Below, one piece after another: positions 18,801 to 29,706 of a stretch of 64,000 nucleotides of DNA; positions within the stretch are counted from its first letter, which is position 1; every line of letters starts with the position of its first letter. The notes under the pieces are model-generated. The model ran no database searches. It was not told the origin of the DNA and saw nothing but the letters and a program-made list of their open reading frames with translations. The DNA lies in the IMG/VR virus record IMGVR_UViG_638276466_000001, positions 495 to 64,494 of that record, one strand, 5' to 3'. Both the position numbers and the translations under genes were made by a program. The stretch is from a virus. Its lineage: Duplodnaviria; Caudoviricetes.

Positions 18801-20591
18801 GACCCCGAAGAGCTGCTGAGAGGCTTGACGACTGCCAGTGCAACTAGCACGACGAGCAATCCATCGGCCAAGTCGAAGGCCAAGGCTGCAGGCACCGAGG
18901 AAACGCTCAAGCCTGCGACTGGCCTCCAGATGGAAGAAATCGGAGACGGTTTCTTCAAGGACAAGAAGACCGAGGCTGTCTATCGAGAGATCGATGGATC
19001 TTATTACAACGTCACCGATTTGGCTGTCGGCAAGGACGGCAAGCCGCTCCTCAACGAGGACGGCAAGCCCATCGCCCGCACGAGCGCCAACAAGAGCGCG
19101 TCTCGGCCGTCTGCGCCAAAGGCACGGGAGCCGTATGGGCTTCCGAGAGGCACCGATACCCATGGCTACGGGAATGGCAACGCCGATGTGTTCCCGGAGT
19201 GGGTCATGGCTCTGGCCGACCAGTTCGGCATCAAGCCCAGCACTTACAAGAACCACCAGGAGACAGACCGTAACGAGGCTGGATATGCACCAAATCCGCA
19301 GCGCCTCAACCGAGGAATCGACTGGGTTGGCCCGACCAAGAACCTGCAGGCGTTCGCCGAATATCTCGAGACGATACCGGACGCCCTGGAGCAGGTGATC
19401 TGGCAGAACCCCGACACCGGCCGCAAGACTGGCATATCTGGTGGGAAGATCAACACCGGATACTACAAGCAAGACACCTACGATGCCCATGGCGGCAATG
19501 ATCCTAGCAACATCCACGTTCACACCCGGCAGTCGATGTCAATCCCGTTGCCGGGCGAGGATTATGTGCCTGGTGAGACGCCGACCAGCACGGGTGATTC
19601 GATCCTGGACGAACTCCAGAAGATCACGGCGAACACCGAGGAAAGCAGCAGCACCGAGGACAAGATGCTGCGCCAATTCCTCGATCAGAATCCGATCCTG
19701 AACGAACTCGTCACGGCCGCCCAGGATCCCAGTAGCTCGGATGAACAGGTACAGGCTGCCCTGGGCGGGCTGCAGACAGCCATCGACGCCCAAAACCAAA
19801 TGGACACGCCTGCCAGCCGGTATCTTGCCGACCAGCTGAGTGGCATGCAGAGCCAGATCATGACAGATCGTGGCTTCGGCGTGGCCGACAATCCTGTTGA
19901 TGCGGCACAGGGCATCGCCAATGGGGCGATGGGTCTGGTTGGCGACGTCTTCAAGATCATCGACGACACGCTCAAGTCCATTGAGTCGGCAAGCGAGATC
20001 AGCTCCACTCTTGTTCGCGGTATTGAGAATACCGAGGACATCATGAAGATCATCGACAACGTTCAGAGCTTCATCCAGCTGGCGGGAACCATCGCCCAGA
20101 CGGTGACAGACGGCCTGAACTTCGCGAGCTCGATCGCGAGCATTGCCGGCGGAGCACCCGGTGGCCAGGGTGCCGTGGGCGGTCTTCAGGCGGCAGCGGC
20201 GATCTCGGGAATCATCACGTCGGTGATCCAATCAGTCAATGCCGCAATTGATCTGGGCCAGGAAGCGTACCGAATCACCAGCAAATACTACGGCAAGTTC
20301 CTCAGCTACCTGGTGGGTGCTGGCGAAGGTTCTCTGATGGGCGACATCAGATTCCTTCTGGACAAGAACGATTGGACGCTCAAGGCGTGGTCCGAGGACA
20401 ATCCCGAGGACAAGCGCAGCCATCAGGTTCCGGCCTGGCTGCGAGATGAGCGGAGCGTCGCGGAGCAGGGTGGCAAGATCCGAGACCTCAACATGTACAT
20501 CGGGCCTGGCACAGACCCGAATGAGGCCATGAACGAGGGCATGTGGCGCGTAATGACTGACCAGGGAGGGGTGTTCACCAGTGAGTATTAA
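15819..20591 (+). CDS. tape measure protein with Rpf/lytic transglycosylase-like and peptidase-like domains
   Basis: 1590 aa Ala/Gly/Leu helical; [22 protein letters not shown] (Rpf-like); H..RGIDW..HVH (Zn peptidase-like). Confidence 0.92.
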   Translation: MPDYDLGRAHGKIVFDVDKSGVRRAEGAMDRMEESAHRVAEGFDEAEKSTSAWEKTNRKAVGTTEAQARALDRYNRIQEEAERAAIERRKAEKELKEILDAGKATEEEIQKAIEKTNKAKGKALQLAKERKKAERDVERAAAGLPTEHETKLKINTKDADRGVDRFFDNVDRRAERSARVIAKLGTGTIKAGAATAGVGALGGLLGVAGSGATGVASIGIFQLGAAIADLSGALGVLPGVVGAGAIAMGTMQLATNRFGEALKDLGTDDFADAIKELAPAAQYVAVELNTLLPVFKNFQKNAEQALFEPLKGVTTELTTTFLPTIQGATNQIANIFGRTGAGLAEWLMKPEQQRDIQNFLSNTVEGFERLSDAAQPLLQAFTDIMTVSGEFLPQIGSEIAEAAKEFAGWIRTMRENGELAAWIRDGIEELKTFLGALKNFGLGLVYIGRIANEFGSGFIALFEKLSQTFLSWTQSVEGQEALTKFFMATSEAARVLMPLLEKLGTLLFGTIGAGLARLGIELAPAFNFLFETLNVGFQDLIQVLINSAPQITQFLTTLGILFVDIIRQVGPHLPALLGSIADLFYKLGLAVGPMASALVQGVTAIINAFNDKWETIAESLKGFAGAVAKAIETGDWSDVVDRITNLFQPLGDAAMQALLETIERWTKDIAQAGLKVMIALADEIIPWIDINAPTWGEKIVKGLLDGMVGAIPVIGPVAKKVLGALSDWFPSSPAKKGPFSGTGWTPYRGKALMEGFAEGILAGGASTQKAVGSAVGGASAGMNSGISDLVKDLTELTSFGRNLLSFVQSISDVVFQTIKFATTDFKTGESTLPKRFVRNVSDEELAKRREDKAYRDSLKEQKESGTGPTGTLSPELQRLLDQTNPGGTGEAAVPLIQKEDGTWTSPNKEWAKLIQRESGGNATITQGIQDANSGGNEAEGLFQITPSTWKAYGGTDFAPNAKAATPQQQAIIAARIIQKNPSGSDWGANLPGREDPEELLRGLTTASATSTTSNPSAKSKAKAAGTEETLKPATGLQMEEIGDGFFKDKKTEAVYREIDGSYYNVTDLAVGKDGKPLLNEDGKPIARTSANKSASRPSAPKAREPYGLPRGTDTHGYGNGNADVFPEWVMALADQFGIKPSTYKNHQETDRNEAGYAPNPQRLNRGIDWVGPTKNLQAFAEYLETIPDALEQVIWQNPDTGRKTGISGGKINTGYYKQDTYDAHGGNDPSNIHVHTRQSMSIPLPGEDYVPGETPTSTGDSILDELQKITANTEESSSTEDKMLRQFLDQNPILNELVTAAQDPSSSDEQVQAALGGLQTAIDAQNQMDTPASRYLADQLSGMQSQIMTDRGFGVADNPVDAAQGIANGAMGLVGDVFKIIDDTLKSIESASEISSTLVRGIENTEDIMKIIDNVQSFIQLAGTIAQTVTDGLNFASSIASIAGGAPGGQGAVGGLQAAAAISGIITSVIQSVNAAIDLGQEAYRITSKYYGKFLSYLVGAGEGSLMGDIRFLLDKNDWTLKAWSEDNPEDKRSHQVPAWLRDERSVAEQGGKIRDLNMYIGPGTDPNEAMNEGMWRVMTDQGGVFTSEY

Positions 20592-22101
20592 TCTCGAACC
20601 TGGCCAGTACCAGATCGGAGATCTGGTGTTCGGCCGTGGCACCATGTATCCTGTGACAAGCATTGAGATCCAGAGCTACCAAGTGCAAGCACAGGATTTC
20701 CAGGCGATTCGCAGCGACGAGGTGCAATTCGGGCAGGACAGCCTGCTGCCCGGCCCAATCGTGTTCGAGCTCGGCGTGTATGATTTCAAGCGAATCGCCA
20801 ATGTGGAGCCGTACACGGGCCGTGTCTTCAACGAGGAGCCCTTCAAGAAGCTCCTCAACAAGCTCGCAGCTGAGTGGCGGGGTGACGACGTCCGCCAGAA
20901 CTGGGGTGCGATGAAGGCGCTGAAATGCTGCGAGCGTGATGGTAAGGTACTTGTGTGGTACGGACGTCCCGGCAAGTTTCAGACCACCAAGCGATCTCGG
21001 AAATCGTCCTTCTTCACAGTGACTGCAGAGTTTCGTCGTGCAGACACGCTCATGTACTCCGACAAGGAGTCTGGCGTCGAGGTGCTCAAAGGCGATGTCC
21101 CGACAATCATCAATCGGGCTGACGGTGAGGCCAAGAGCTGGTTGCGCGTGGTGGGCTATGGCCCGCTGACGCACCCGGTCATCACCATCGGAGACCAGCA
21201 GGTCGAGCTTGACGTTGAGTTGGCAGACGGAGAAGCCTTCGAGGTCAGCTCGTATCCGTGGCAGCGTCGTGCCATCAACAATTCTGGACAGAACATCAGC
21301 TCGAAGCTGATCGGCGACACCCAGTACCTCGACCGGCTGCAACTCCCTCCAGCCGGAGTTCCGACGCCGGTACGGTGGACCTCCGACGAGATCAACACAT
21401 GGGTCCCCGAGCTGGGCAATCAGTCCTGGATCGAGACGATCGACGGAGTGAACAACTTCAATCTCCCCAACACCTTCAAGACGATCCATGGCCGGGTGGT
21501 CGTGCGATTTGACCTGTTCAATCCGGAGTTCGCCGAGAAGTTCATCGGCTCGGGCATGCTTGGCGGAATCAGCGCCTGCCTGTACACCAAGAAGACCTTC
21601 GCCACGCGGAACCAGTACTGCGAAGCCAAAATCGTTGAGCCGTGGGGTGGTCGGAGCGGCATCGTCATCATGAGCAATGCCACGATGACCAACTTCGCAC
21701 TGCTCGAGGTGACTTCAGGACCCAACAACGACTACCTCAAGATCCGTACTGGCAGCGCCTACAACACATACTCGACCGTCCGGGACAGCTGGAAGAATCC
21801 GAATAGCTGGAAAGAGACGGACGTGGTGGGAATCGGCTCCTCGTACGATGAGGACACCGAGAACACCACCTACACAGCGTATTTCAATGGCGATCCGGTC
21901 GCAGAGTGGACCGACGAGGAGAATGTCGTCAGCACAGCTGCGACCAATCGGTCACAGGGATTCATCTTCGACATGGACAGCCAGCTTCTGACCATCGGCA
22001 CAGGGTTCAAGGACATTCTGGCCTACGACACCGGGACGGTGCAGGCTCCTACTGGCAGGGTGTTCGTGCTCTGGCGTGATGCATACACGGTGGCCTCATG
22101 A
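20581..22101 (+). CDS. minor tail protein (distal tail-like)
   Basis: First gene after tape measure, 506 aa, beta-rich insertion. Confidence 0.75.
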   Translation: MSINLEPGQYQIGDLVFGRGTMYPVTSIEIQSYQVQAQDFQAIRSDEVQFGQDSLLPGPIVFELGVYDFKRIANVEPYTGRVFNEEPFKKLLNKLAAEWRGDDVRQNWGAMKALKCCERDGKVLVWYGRPGKFQTTKRSRKSSFFTVTAEFRRADTLMYSDKESGVEVLKGDVPTIINRADGEAKSWLRVVGYGPLTHPVITIGDQQVELDVELADGEAFEVSSYPWQRRAINNSGQNISSKLIGDTQYLDRLQLPPAGVPTPVRWTSDEINTWVPELGNQSWIETIDGVNNFNLPNTFKTIHGRVVVRFDLFNPEFAEKFIGSGMLGGISACLYTKKTFATRNQYCEAKIVEPWGGRSGIVIMSNATMTNFALLEVTSGPNNDYLKIRTGSAYNTYSTVRDSWKNPNSWKETDVVGIGSSYDEDTENTTYTAYFNGDPVAEWTDEENVVSTAATNRSQGFIFDMDSQLLTIGTGFKDILAYDTGTVQAPTGRVFVLWRDAYTVAS

Positions 22102-23753
22102 AAGCCCAGGACCGCAACCGATTCATCATCGAGGAAGCGCGCACGGGCCGAATCCTCACCCGCGATCTTCATGTACAGAATCCGAAGATCCTCAAGAAGC
22201 TCAGTGGCCCTTGCGTTATCGAGTTTGATGTCGATCACCGACACCCCTCGGTTCAGCACCCCGACGGTACAGGCCCCATCCTGTTCAAGCCCTGGGGCCA
22301 CTGGTGTCATGTTGAGCGCGAGATTCGGGGCAAGCGCGTCATCATCGCCTCAGCCCTGTTCCAGCCCAGTGAGGTCGACCAGGAGACAGGCCTGCTGAAG
22401 GCGCAGTGGCAGGGCTTCTCGGGATATCCCAAAGACCTTCCCTGGCTACAGAACTGGAACCCGATCGCGGTCGATCCGTTTGAGATCGTGCATCGCATCT
22501 GGACGCACCTCCAGAGCTATAGCAATGGCAATCTCGGCGTACAGGTGTACTCTCCTGGGCCTGGCGGAACACGCGTCACTCCGCCAAACAGCAACACCGA
22601 GCTGCTTCCTGGATTCTCCTTCGACAGCCAGCAGTTCATCCAAGACTTCTTCGCCATCTTCATTCGGCGCGTTGACTTCACCGACTGCGGCGATTACATC
22701 AACAAGCTGGCTCGCGACATTCCGTTCGACTACTTCGAGGAGTCGGAGTGGAACGAGGATCACACAGCCATCAACAAATTTATTCGGCTCGAGTATCCGC
22801 ACGGGGGTGTATTCCAGGATAATCTGAGTTTCCGGATGAACGAGAATGTGATCCGGGGCAAGAGCAAGATCGAGTCAGAGATTGAGTGGACCAGCGACAT
22901 CGGTATTCGCGGCTGGTTCCCCGGCAAGGTCTACAGCTCTCAGATCAGCAATGCCGACCCAAACCGCTACAGACGCTTCATCCTTGAAGAAGATGCTCGC
23001 ATCAACAGCACCGAGCGGTCTGAAGCCTGGGCGCATCGGCAGCTGACCAGACGTCAATTCCCCTCGTACTGGGAAACAATCACCATCAATATGCATCATC
23101 CGAATGCTCCGTTCGGTACGTGGGATGTCGGCGACCAGATCAGAGTACAGGGGCTGATGCCGTGGGTCGGATATGTTGATCAGGTGCACAAGATCATTGC
23201 GTGGTCCCTTGACGAGACGTCGGCGACATGCGAATTGACGCTTCGAGCTGAAGGTGCATTCAACTACGATCCGATCTTCTTCGAAGGCAAGCTTCCGAAC
23301 CTTCTGGCGAATCCGAGTTTCACCGCCAGCATGTTCAACTGGACTGCCGCTATGGGCAGCTGGTCGCGTGACAGCCTGCGAGGCAAGGATTCTCTCGGAG
23401 CGGCTCGCGTCACGTGTAACGGCCAAGAGAAGCTGCTCCTGAGCGAAGCTGTACCAGTTGCGGCAGGCGATGATGTAACGCTGAGCACGTGGGTGTATTG
23501 GCAGAATCTCGTGGCCACCGACGAGCCGCTCGAGCTGATCCTCAACACCTACAACTCGGATGGCGAACTGCTCAACACCGTTGTGTTCGATAGCACATCG
23601 GGCTCTGGGGAGTCGCCAGGCTGGGTACAGCTCAGCAACGCATATACGATTCCCTCAGGAGTCGCGTCGATGCGGGCTGGTGCACGAGTCACCGAGGACG
23701 CCATGACCGGGTCTGTATGGTATGACGAGTTCTACTTCACGAAGGACGACTGA
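22098..23753 (+). CDS. minor tail protein (hub-like) with C-terminal carbohydrate-binding-type domain
   Basis: WDVGDQIRV; NLLANPSF...GSVWYDE CBM-like C-terminus. Confidence 0.75.
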   Translation: MKAQDRNRFIIEEARTGRILTRDLHVQNPKILKKLSGPCVIEFDVDHRHPSVQHPDGTGPILFKPWGHWCHVEREIRGKRVIIASALFQPSEVDQETGLLKAQWQGFSGYPKDLPWLQNWNPIAVDPFEIVHRIWTHLQSYSNGNLGVQVYSPGPGGTRVTPPNSNTELLPGFSFDSQQFIQDFFAIFIRRVDFTDCGDYINKLARDIPFDYFEESEWNEDHTAINKFIRLEYPHGGVFQDNLSFRMNENVIRGKSKIESEIEWTSDIGIRGWFPGKVYSSQISNADPNRYRRFILEEDARINSTERSEAWAHRQLTRRQFPSYWETITINMHHPNAPFGTWDVGDQIRVQGLMPWVGYVDQVHKIIAWSLDETSATCELTLRAEGAFNYDPIFFEGKLPNLLANPSFTASMFNWTAAMGSWSRDSLRGKDSLGAARVTCNGQEKLLLSEAVPVAAGDDVTLSTWVYWQNLVATDEPLELILNTYNSDGELLNTVVFDSTSGSGESPGWVQLSNAYTIPSGVASMRAGARVTEDAMTGSVWYDEFYFTKDD

Positions 23754-26023
23754 TGGCCTACGAGTACGAGAGCAAGGAATCTCGGGCTCTGCGGTCTATC
23801 CAGAGCAAGAACTACCCTGACACCAACAAGGATTTCGTCAAGAATCTGAGTCGGCTCAACAGTTCTGTTGACTACATCTCGTCCTACATGATCATCATGC
23901 AAAAGGGCATTGATGACGCCAATAAGAACTTCATCGAGCAGATCCAAAGTTTCATCAATGATCTGATCGTTCTGTTTGCTGGCGGAGAGCCCACGGGCAT
24001 CGAGCTCGGCGACCTCAAGTACATCATCCAGGCTCTGGGCGCGCTGTTCGGCTTCAACGGGCCATTCCCGATGAGCTTGATCAACGCGGTGCAGCACTTC
24101 TTCCTCGGGTATGTTGTTCCGCTGCCACAGTTTACAGACGTCATCACTGACACCATCATCGCCTGGGCTGAAGAGCTCGGGCTTGACCCAGAGTTCGTTG
24201 ATGCGCTGCGCGAGCTCGCCGACGCCATCAATGATCTTGGCATGAGCATTGGCGATTTGTTCGCCAATATCATGAGTATCTTCAACATCTTTCAGATTCC
24301 AGAGCTCGGTACAGGACCGCTCGCCGAACTATGGGATCTGCTGGCAGGCATTTTCGATGGAATCAACGGGAATGCGCTGCGGCCGGTACTCCTCGCCATC
24401 AGCAACTGGACCATTCCGTTCATCGAAGGTCTCGCTTCACTGGTCAACTATCTGGACGACCTGGTCGACGGCCTTGCCAACGGAAAGTTCCTCAAGATAA
24501 ACTCACCGCTGAATGCGGCAAATCTGTTCGGGGCTATCGGATCTAATCTTATCAAGGTCGTTCCTGCTGGTGCACTGACCAATCGTCGCGTTGAGCTAAT
24601 CGACAATCCGCACTTCACCGAGGATGCCATCGCTCCGGGCAGCGAGTGGGCCGTGGACATGCTGTCGTCCCGCACCGACAATGATGGTACAGGTAGCGCG
24701 ACGGTGATCGCCAACGGTCAGCCGCACGCCCTCAACACAGGCGCAAACAAGGACGACAAGATCCCTGTCGGCCCCGGACAGCGTATTCCCTTGGGCATCT
24801 ACATAAGTCATGACGGCGCTGTCGCTACAGGACCGGCGATCATTCTGCAGGTTCGGCGATTCAACGGCAACATCCCCATCGTCGGCCTGTACGAAATTGG
24901 ATCGTACACTCCTCCTGTTGAGGACCTCCCATGGCCTGGCCACAAGCTCGAGGGTGTCTACACAGTCGAGGAAGATGTCACCCACATCCAGGTGCGCGTG
25001 TACGTCACCGAAGCCGCTCTGGCGGGTCGGTATCGCATTGACGATGTGGATTTCGCCAAGGTCACCGACCTGGCCTTGATCCCTGGTCTGACACAAGCCT
25101 TGGAAGCGCTTGAATCTGGCCAGCGTGCTCTGCAGCACGCAATCGCCAACGCGGTCAGCAGCATCCCGATCATCGGCGATGGGCTCGAGGACCTGATCAA
25201 TGCGCTACAGAACTTCAATCCGGCCAATATCGCTGGAGCCCTGGGCAGTTCACTGCTGAAGGGCGACCTGTTCGGGATCATCCGACATATGATCGCTGCG
25301 GCGCGTGGTGTTCCGGTGTCAGCGGTAGCCGAGGATGCCACGCTCGCAGACCTGTACAACGCGATGAATGCGGCGCTCAACAACGTCGCTGGATCCGATG
25401 AGACAACCTTCGTCGATACCACGACATTCGTTCCGGTGAATGCGGCTTGGACCAACTACATTGATGTCGTCGGCGTGGGCAAGGGCCAGGACGGCATGGA
25501 CGGTCCGACGGTGCCGCCGATCCCCGGCGTGTTCGGACAGGGTGGGCACCTGGGAAAGGTGCTCGCCACCACATGGGTCAAGGGTGTCCACTACGACAAT
25601 GATCTCACCGGCGTCCAGGTCACCTTCAACAGCAATGGCTCTGTGACCTTCTCGATTCCCGGTTACAGCCTCACCTGTCCTCCTGCAAGCGGACCTCCGC
25701 GCCAATTCCAAATCGGAACAGGCTGGCACGGCAAGGGTCCGGGCACATATGTCTACAACGACCGCCCATACGCTGCTGGCGGAACACAGAACCAGCCTGG
25801 AGGCAACGGAATTGGACCGGGTGGCTCTGGCGCTGGTGGTGGCGTGCTTCAGAGTGGTGGCCGAGGTGGACCTGCTGGCGGATGGGTGCGTCGGCGTGCA
25901 GCTGAAGCAGAGAATCCGTCTACTGGATCAGACACGACGCCTCCGACCCCTCCGAAAGTTAGCGTTGTCAATGCGACGAATGACACTCTGTATCTGCTCC
26001 CGAGCGGAAGTGTGGATCAGTAA
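23753..26023 (+). CDS. minor tail protein (Gly-rich C-terminus)
   Basis: 756 aa; SPLNAANLFG motif common in mycobacteriophage minor tails; GG-rich tail. Confidence 0.78.
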   Translation: MAYEYESKESRALRSIQSKNYPDTNKDFVKNLSRLNSSVDYISSYMIIMQKGIDDANKNFIEQIQSFINDLIVLFAGGEPTGIELGDLKYIIQALGALFGFNGPFPMSLINAVQHFFLGYVVPLPQFTDVITDTIIAWAEELGLDPEFVDALRELADAINDLGMSIGDLFANIMSIFNIFQIPELGTGPLAELWDLLAGIFDGINGNALRPVLLAISNWTIPFIEGLASLVNYLDDLVDGLANGKFLKINSPLNAANLFGAIGSNLIKVVPAGALTNRRVELIDNPHFTEDAIAPGSEWAVDMLSSRTDNDGTGSATVIANGQPHALNTGANKDDKIPVGPGQRIPLGIYISHDGAVATGPAIILQVRRFNGNIPIVGLYEIGSYTPPVEDLPWPGHKLEGVYTVEEDVTHIQVRVYVTEAALAGRYRIDDVDFAKVTDLALIPGLTQALEALESGQRALQHAIANAVSSIPIIGDGLEDLINALQNFNPANIAGALGSSLLKGDLFGIIRHMIAAARGVPVSAVAEDATLADLYNAMNAALNNVAGSDETTFVDTTTFVPVNAAWTNYIDVVGVGKGQDGMDGPTVPPIPGVFGQGGHLGKVLATTWVKGVHYDNDLTGVQVTFNSNGSVTFSIPGYSLTCPPASGPPRQFQIGTGWHGKGPGTYVYNDRPYAAGGTQNQPGGNGIGPGGSGAGGGVLQSGGRGGPAGGWVRRRAAEAENPSTGSDTTPPTPPKVSVVNATNDTLYLLPSGSVDQ

Positions 26024-28071
26024 TGGCTAATGATGTCAGCGGCTTGGCCGGATATCTGTTCTACCTTGATGACTCAACGGCACCCCTCAACCCAGAGCCG
26101 TTTCTGCCGAGCTCTGGTCTGCCGTATCCCATACGAGGCCTTGACGCAAACACTGACTATAGCAATCGCATCTACGTCACGGCGATCGACAATGCTGGCA
26201 ATGAGACCGACCCCATCCCGCTGGAGGAAGCTCTCGACGAGCTGAGCCCATTCCCTGCCAGCACGCTCAGCCCCACGCCAGAACAATCGCCCATGAACTC
26301 AACTCGCACCACTGCCATCGACAACATCATCAAGCGATGCATCGCGGCTGGTGCGGGTCCTGGTGTGACGGTGGGGATTACGAGCCCGTGGGGATACTAC
26401 CTTGGCAGCTTCGGTGAGGGCACCGGTGTCGACCGACATTTCCTCATGGGCAGCCAAACCAAGAGCTTCCTCAGCTGGGCTGTGATGATGGCCATCGACG
26501 AAGGCCGTCTCTCTCTCGACACCACAATCAACGACATTCTCGACACGCCGTGGAGCACCAATCCGACCATTCAGCAGCTGATGATGATGCGGTCGGGCAT
26601 GTACAACTACCAATCGGACTCGGCATTTGGTCTGCAGGTGGTGATGAACCCTGCGATGTCGTACAGTCTGCAGCAAATGATCGCCAAGAGTCGCAACGGC
26701 GCCAAGCAGTTTGAGCCTGGCGAGAAGTATGACTACAACAACGGAAACTCGTTCGCTCTAGCATTGATGCTCGAGGAAACGGACCCCGAAGGCCGCAAGA
26801 TCCACGAAATCATCAAGCAGGACATCCTTGATCCGCTGGATCTCGTCAACACGAATTTCCCTACTGTCACCAGCGGACCTCCGGCACCTTCTGCCGCCCT
26901 GTACTCGTGGAACTTCTTGTTGTCGCTCATCGGCATCAAGCTCCGCCAGAACGTGACCGTGCAGAACCCCAACATCACATGGGCGGCTGGCTGTATGACC
27001 AGTGTCGTTGGCGACATGCTGAAGTGGGGCAAGGAGCTTCGCGACTGCACGCTGCTGTCACCAGAATCAGCCGATCTGATCCACACAACTCACATCATGT
27101 ATCCGAGTGCACCCTATGGCCTCAACAAGGACGGTGCGACAGAATTCGGATACGGATTGCACGGCCACATCAAGGTTGGCTCCTGGCGGGGATCCGACGG
27201 CAGTTGGATCGGCTGCGACTCTGCGACAATGTACGAGCCCACCACCGGCACCATCATCACGGTGTACGAGAACTTTCAGACGCCGGGATTGCTTTCCTTG
27301 GCCACAGTTTGGCACGAATGCGCGGAGTATCTGATGCCGGGGTCGGCGACGTATCCGGGCTACCAGACCGGCGAGAATGCGGCAGGTACGGTCGGCACCT
27401 CGCTGAAGAAGCTTGGCACGTTGTCCGAGGGTGCGGTGTTTGCTCCTGGCACCGAAGGCGTTGAATTCGACAATGCGAGTGCGGTCAGCACGACTCGGGA
27501 CGAAACCGCAGCATTCACCATCGCGTCCGATGCAAAGGCATTGGTGGCCTGGGTTTCTGCACAAGGTAGCACGGACTGGGGAGGCGCAGCCGTCAAGGCC
27601 AAGATTGATGGCATTGAAATGGAGAAGGTTGTATCGACAACCGATGGCACCACCTCCGGGAATGGCCTGGTGTGCTTCCGCCTCCTCAATCCGCCGACCG
27701 GGGCGAACAAGAAGGTCACATTCGAAGGGATGGGATCTCTTGCACACTATTATGCCAATGGCGCAGCCTCGTACAAGAATGTCGGGTCCTTCGGAGCGCC
27801 TGTGAAGAACAGGGGTTCGGGGTCGTCTGCCAGCCTTACTGTCGGCGGCACAACATCTTTGGATATGGTTGTGGGCGGATACTACTTCCAGGGTGCGCAC
27901 AACTCCTTCAACAAGAATGTTCGTGGTGTCAGAGGTCAGGCAGCATTCGTCAACCAGGGCCTGTTGTTCGGAGACTCTGCCGCTGGCGGAGACGTCACCT
28001 TGACCGAGACATTCACGAGCTCGATTCAGTGGTCTGGGACGGCGTTCGTTCTTCGGGCTGAGGAGGGCTGA
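26023..28071 (+). CDS. minor tail protein with serine beta-lactamase/D-Ala-D-Ala carboxypeptidase-like domain
   Basis: SxxK (GSQTKSF), FEPGEKYDYNN (YxN), AAGCMTSVVGDM; N-terminal partial FN3. Confidence 0.82.
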   Translation: MANDVSGLAGYLFYLDDSTAPLNPEPFLPSSGLPYPIRGLDANTDYSNRIYVTAIDNAGNETDPIPLEEALDELSPFPASTLSPTPEQSPMNSTRTTAIDNIIKRCIAAGAGPGVTVGITSPWGYYLGSFGEGTGVDRHFLMGSQTKSFLSWAVMMAIDEGRLSLDTTINDILDTPWSTNPTIQQLMMMRSGMYNYQSDSAFGLQVVMNPAMSYSLQQMIAKSRNGAKQFEPGEKYDYNNGNSFALALMLEETDPEGRKIHEIIKQDILDPLDLVNTNFPTVTSGPPAPSAALYSWNFLLSLIGIKLRQNVTVQNPNITWAAGCMTSVVGDMLKWGKELRDCTLLSPESADLIHTTHIMYPSAPYGLNKDGATEFGYGLHGHIKVGSWRGSDGSWIGCDSATMYEPTTGTIITVYENFQTPGLLSLATVWHECAEYLMPGSATYPGYQTGENAAGTVGTSLKKLGTLSEGAVFAPGTEGVEFDNASAVSTTRDETAAFTIASDAKALVAWVSAQGSTDWGGAAVKAKIDGIEMEKVVSTTDGTTSGNGLVCFRLLNPPTGANKKVTFEGMGSLAHYYANGAASYKNVGSFGAPVKNRGSGSSASLTVGGTTSLDMVVGGYYFQGAHNSFNKNVRGVRGQAAFVNQGLLFGDSAAGGDVTLTETFTSSIQWSGTAFVLRAEEG

Positions 28072-28937
28072 TGGCTGTCGCATGGTGGGCTGAGAGCTTC
28101 TCGATAATACAGACCGAGCTTAACCAGCTCGTCAATGAATCTGTCGGTGACCAGAGCCAGTATGGCCTTGCTACCGTTGAACTCCAGAAGCTTCGAACTC
28201 AAATGGAGGCAATCGCTTACGACTATCTAGTGTCGTCGGCGACTGAGTTCAAGAAACTCTCCACGAGCGCCTCTGCTGGACAAGTGTATTTCGCCAACAT
28301 CCAGACAGCCGTGAAGAAGCTCGTGACCCAAGCGCTTGCCGGAGTCACAGCTCCGGTAACATGGCAGGGCACAGGCCCGCTCCCGACAGGCGTCGGCATC
28401 CCTGCCCAGAACAACTGGACAGCACCGGCTGGAACCGATGTGTACATCGCAGCCGTCATGGACCGCTCGGGCAGCTTCACCGGCGCGACATTCGGTGGCG
28501 AAGCGGGCACTCTGATGGCAGAAGTGTTGCACAACAACGACGCTAGCAAAGGACGTACGGCGTTGTGGCGTTTCGCAGGCAAGGGCGACGGCACCAACAA
28601 GACCTTCTCCATCACAGGTAGCGGCTCTGGTTGGTTCGGCGTGTGCATCTTTGCCTTCTCTGGCGTTGTGTCGGTCGGAACACCCGTGACCACATACGGA
28701 TCGAGCGCTTCGCCTTCGCAGATGGTCACAGAACCGGGGGTGCAGATACTCGGACGAGGCGCTGGCGGAGCTGGCGTCGGCACACCAAGTGCCTTTTCTG
28801 GTGTGACCAACAGAGTCAACCAGGGCATCAACGGTTCGAGCCTCGCAGTCAATCAAGTTGAGGTGCCAGGAACAACAGGGGCAACCACGCAGAATTACCC
28901 TTATGGGTACATCTTCCTGCCCCTCCGGAATACATAG
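28071..28937 (+). CDS. minor tail protein
   Basis: MAVAWWAE start typical of mycobacteriophage minor tails; Gly/Thr-rich. Confidence 0.72.
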   Translation: MAVAWWAESFSIIQTELNQLVNESVGDQSQYGLATVELQKLRTQMEAIAYDYLVSSATEFKKLSTSASAGQVYFANIQTAVKKLVTQALAGVTAPVTWQGTGPLPTGVGIPAQNNWTAPAGTDVYIAAVMDRSGSFTGATFGGEAGTLMAEVLHNNDASKGRTALWRFAGKGDGTNKTFSITGSGSGWFGVCIFAFSGVVSVGTPVTTYGSSASPSQMVTEPGVQILGRGAGGAGVGTPSAFSGVTNRVNQGINGSSLAVNQVEVPGTTGATTQNYPYGYIFLPLRNT

Positions 28938-28946
28938 GAGATCGAG

Positions 28947-29267
28947 TTGAATACAGAGTTGCAGGCGATCAAGGACGCAATGAATGCCCTTGACTTCGAT
29001 ACTGCGCGTGATCTGGCCAAGCTGTATGTCGAGAGCCACCCGGAGGAGTTCGTCGACTATTACCAGATTGTGGAGGAGTCGGCCAACGAGGAAGAAGCGA
29101 TCGCCAAGGTCGTGAAGTCCATTGAGGTGCTGCGAGCTGCAGGCCTCACCCAGCAGCAGTATCGCGGTGAGACCTTCCATCTGTTCCGCTGGGACCCGCA
29201 GAACATTGGCGCCACAACGGAACCTGTGGTGCGCAATCCAATCCCGCCGACCGTGAGGAATGACTGA
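28947..29267 (+). CDS. hypothetical protein
   Basis: AGGAG RBS, TTG start, 106 aa. Confidence 0.7.
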   Translation: MNTELQAIKDAMNALDFDTARDLAKLYVESHPEEFVDYYQIVEESANEEEAIAKVVKSIEVLRAAGLTQQQYRGETFHLFRWDPQNIGATTEPVVRNPIPPTVRND

Positions 29268-29269
29268 AC

Positions 29270-29698
29270 ATGGCGAAGGCATATTCTGTCACGCTGGCTG
29301 TAGCCCAGGGGATGCTCGGTGGTAGCACCAGCTACGCCGAAGCTCTTGGGTCCTCGCCAAAGATCAAGATTTACTCAGGCACTCCACCGGCCAATGCTGG
29401 GGCTGCGCTGAGCGGCAACACGCTACTGGCCACTCTCACATGCGCAAGCACGCCTATCGCCAGCCAGAGCGATACTGGCACTGCCGCGCGTGCGACGTGG
29501 GCCACGATCGCGTCTGCGGTGGCCGCAGCCACAGGTACGGCCACCTTCTTCCGCACCACCACGTCGTCCGACACAGTGATCGACCAGGGTACCATCGATA
29601 CTACTGGTGCAGACCTCAACATGTCGACGACGTCGTTGACCGCTGGGTCCACCATCGCAGTGAGCTCGCGGACAACAGACTTTCCGTACGGCCCATAG
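29270..29698 (+). CDS. virion structural protein (Ala/Thr-rich)
   Basis: IKIYSGTPPANA..GTATFFR pattern typical of small tail proteins. Confidence 0.65.
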   Translation: MAKAYSVTLAVAQGMLGGSTSYAEALGSSPKIKIYSGTPPANAGAALSGNTLLATLTCASTPIASQSDTGTAARATWATIASAVAAATGTATFFRTTTSSDTVIDQGTIDTTGADLNMSTTSLTAGSTIAVSSRTTDFPYGP

Positions 29699-29706
29699 GA
29701 GACAGC

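Noticed and set aside
16647-19523. 958-aa minus-strand ORF (and similar long antisense ORFs such as 61621-63561)
   Set aside because: Shadow ORFs of GC-biased + strand genes; no motifs or RBS.
26023-28071. Beta-lactamase as an antibiotic-resistance gene
   Set aside because: Domain lies inside a minor tail protein, a known mycobacteriophage arrangement.
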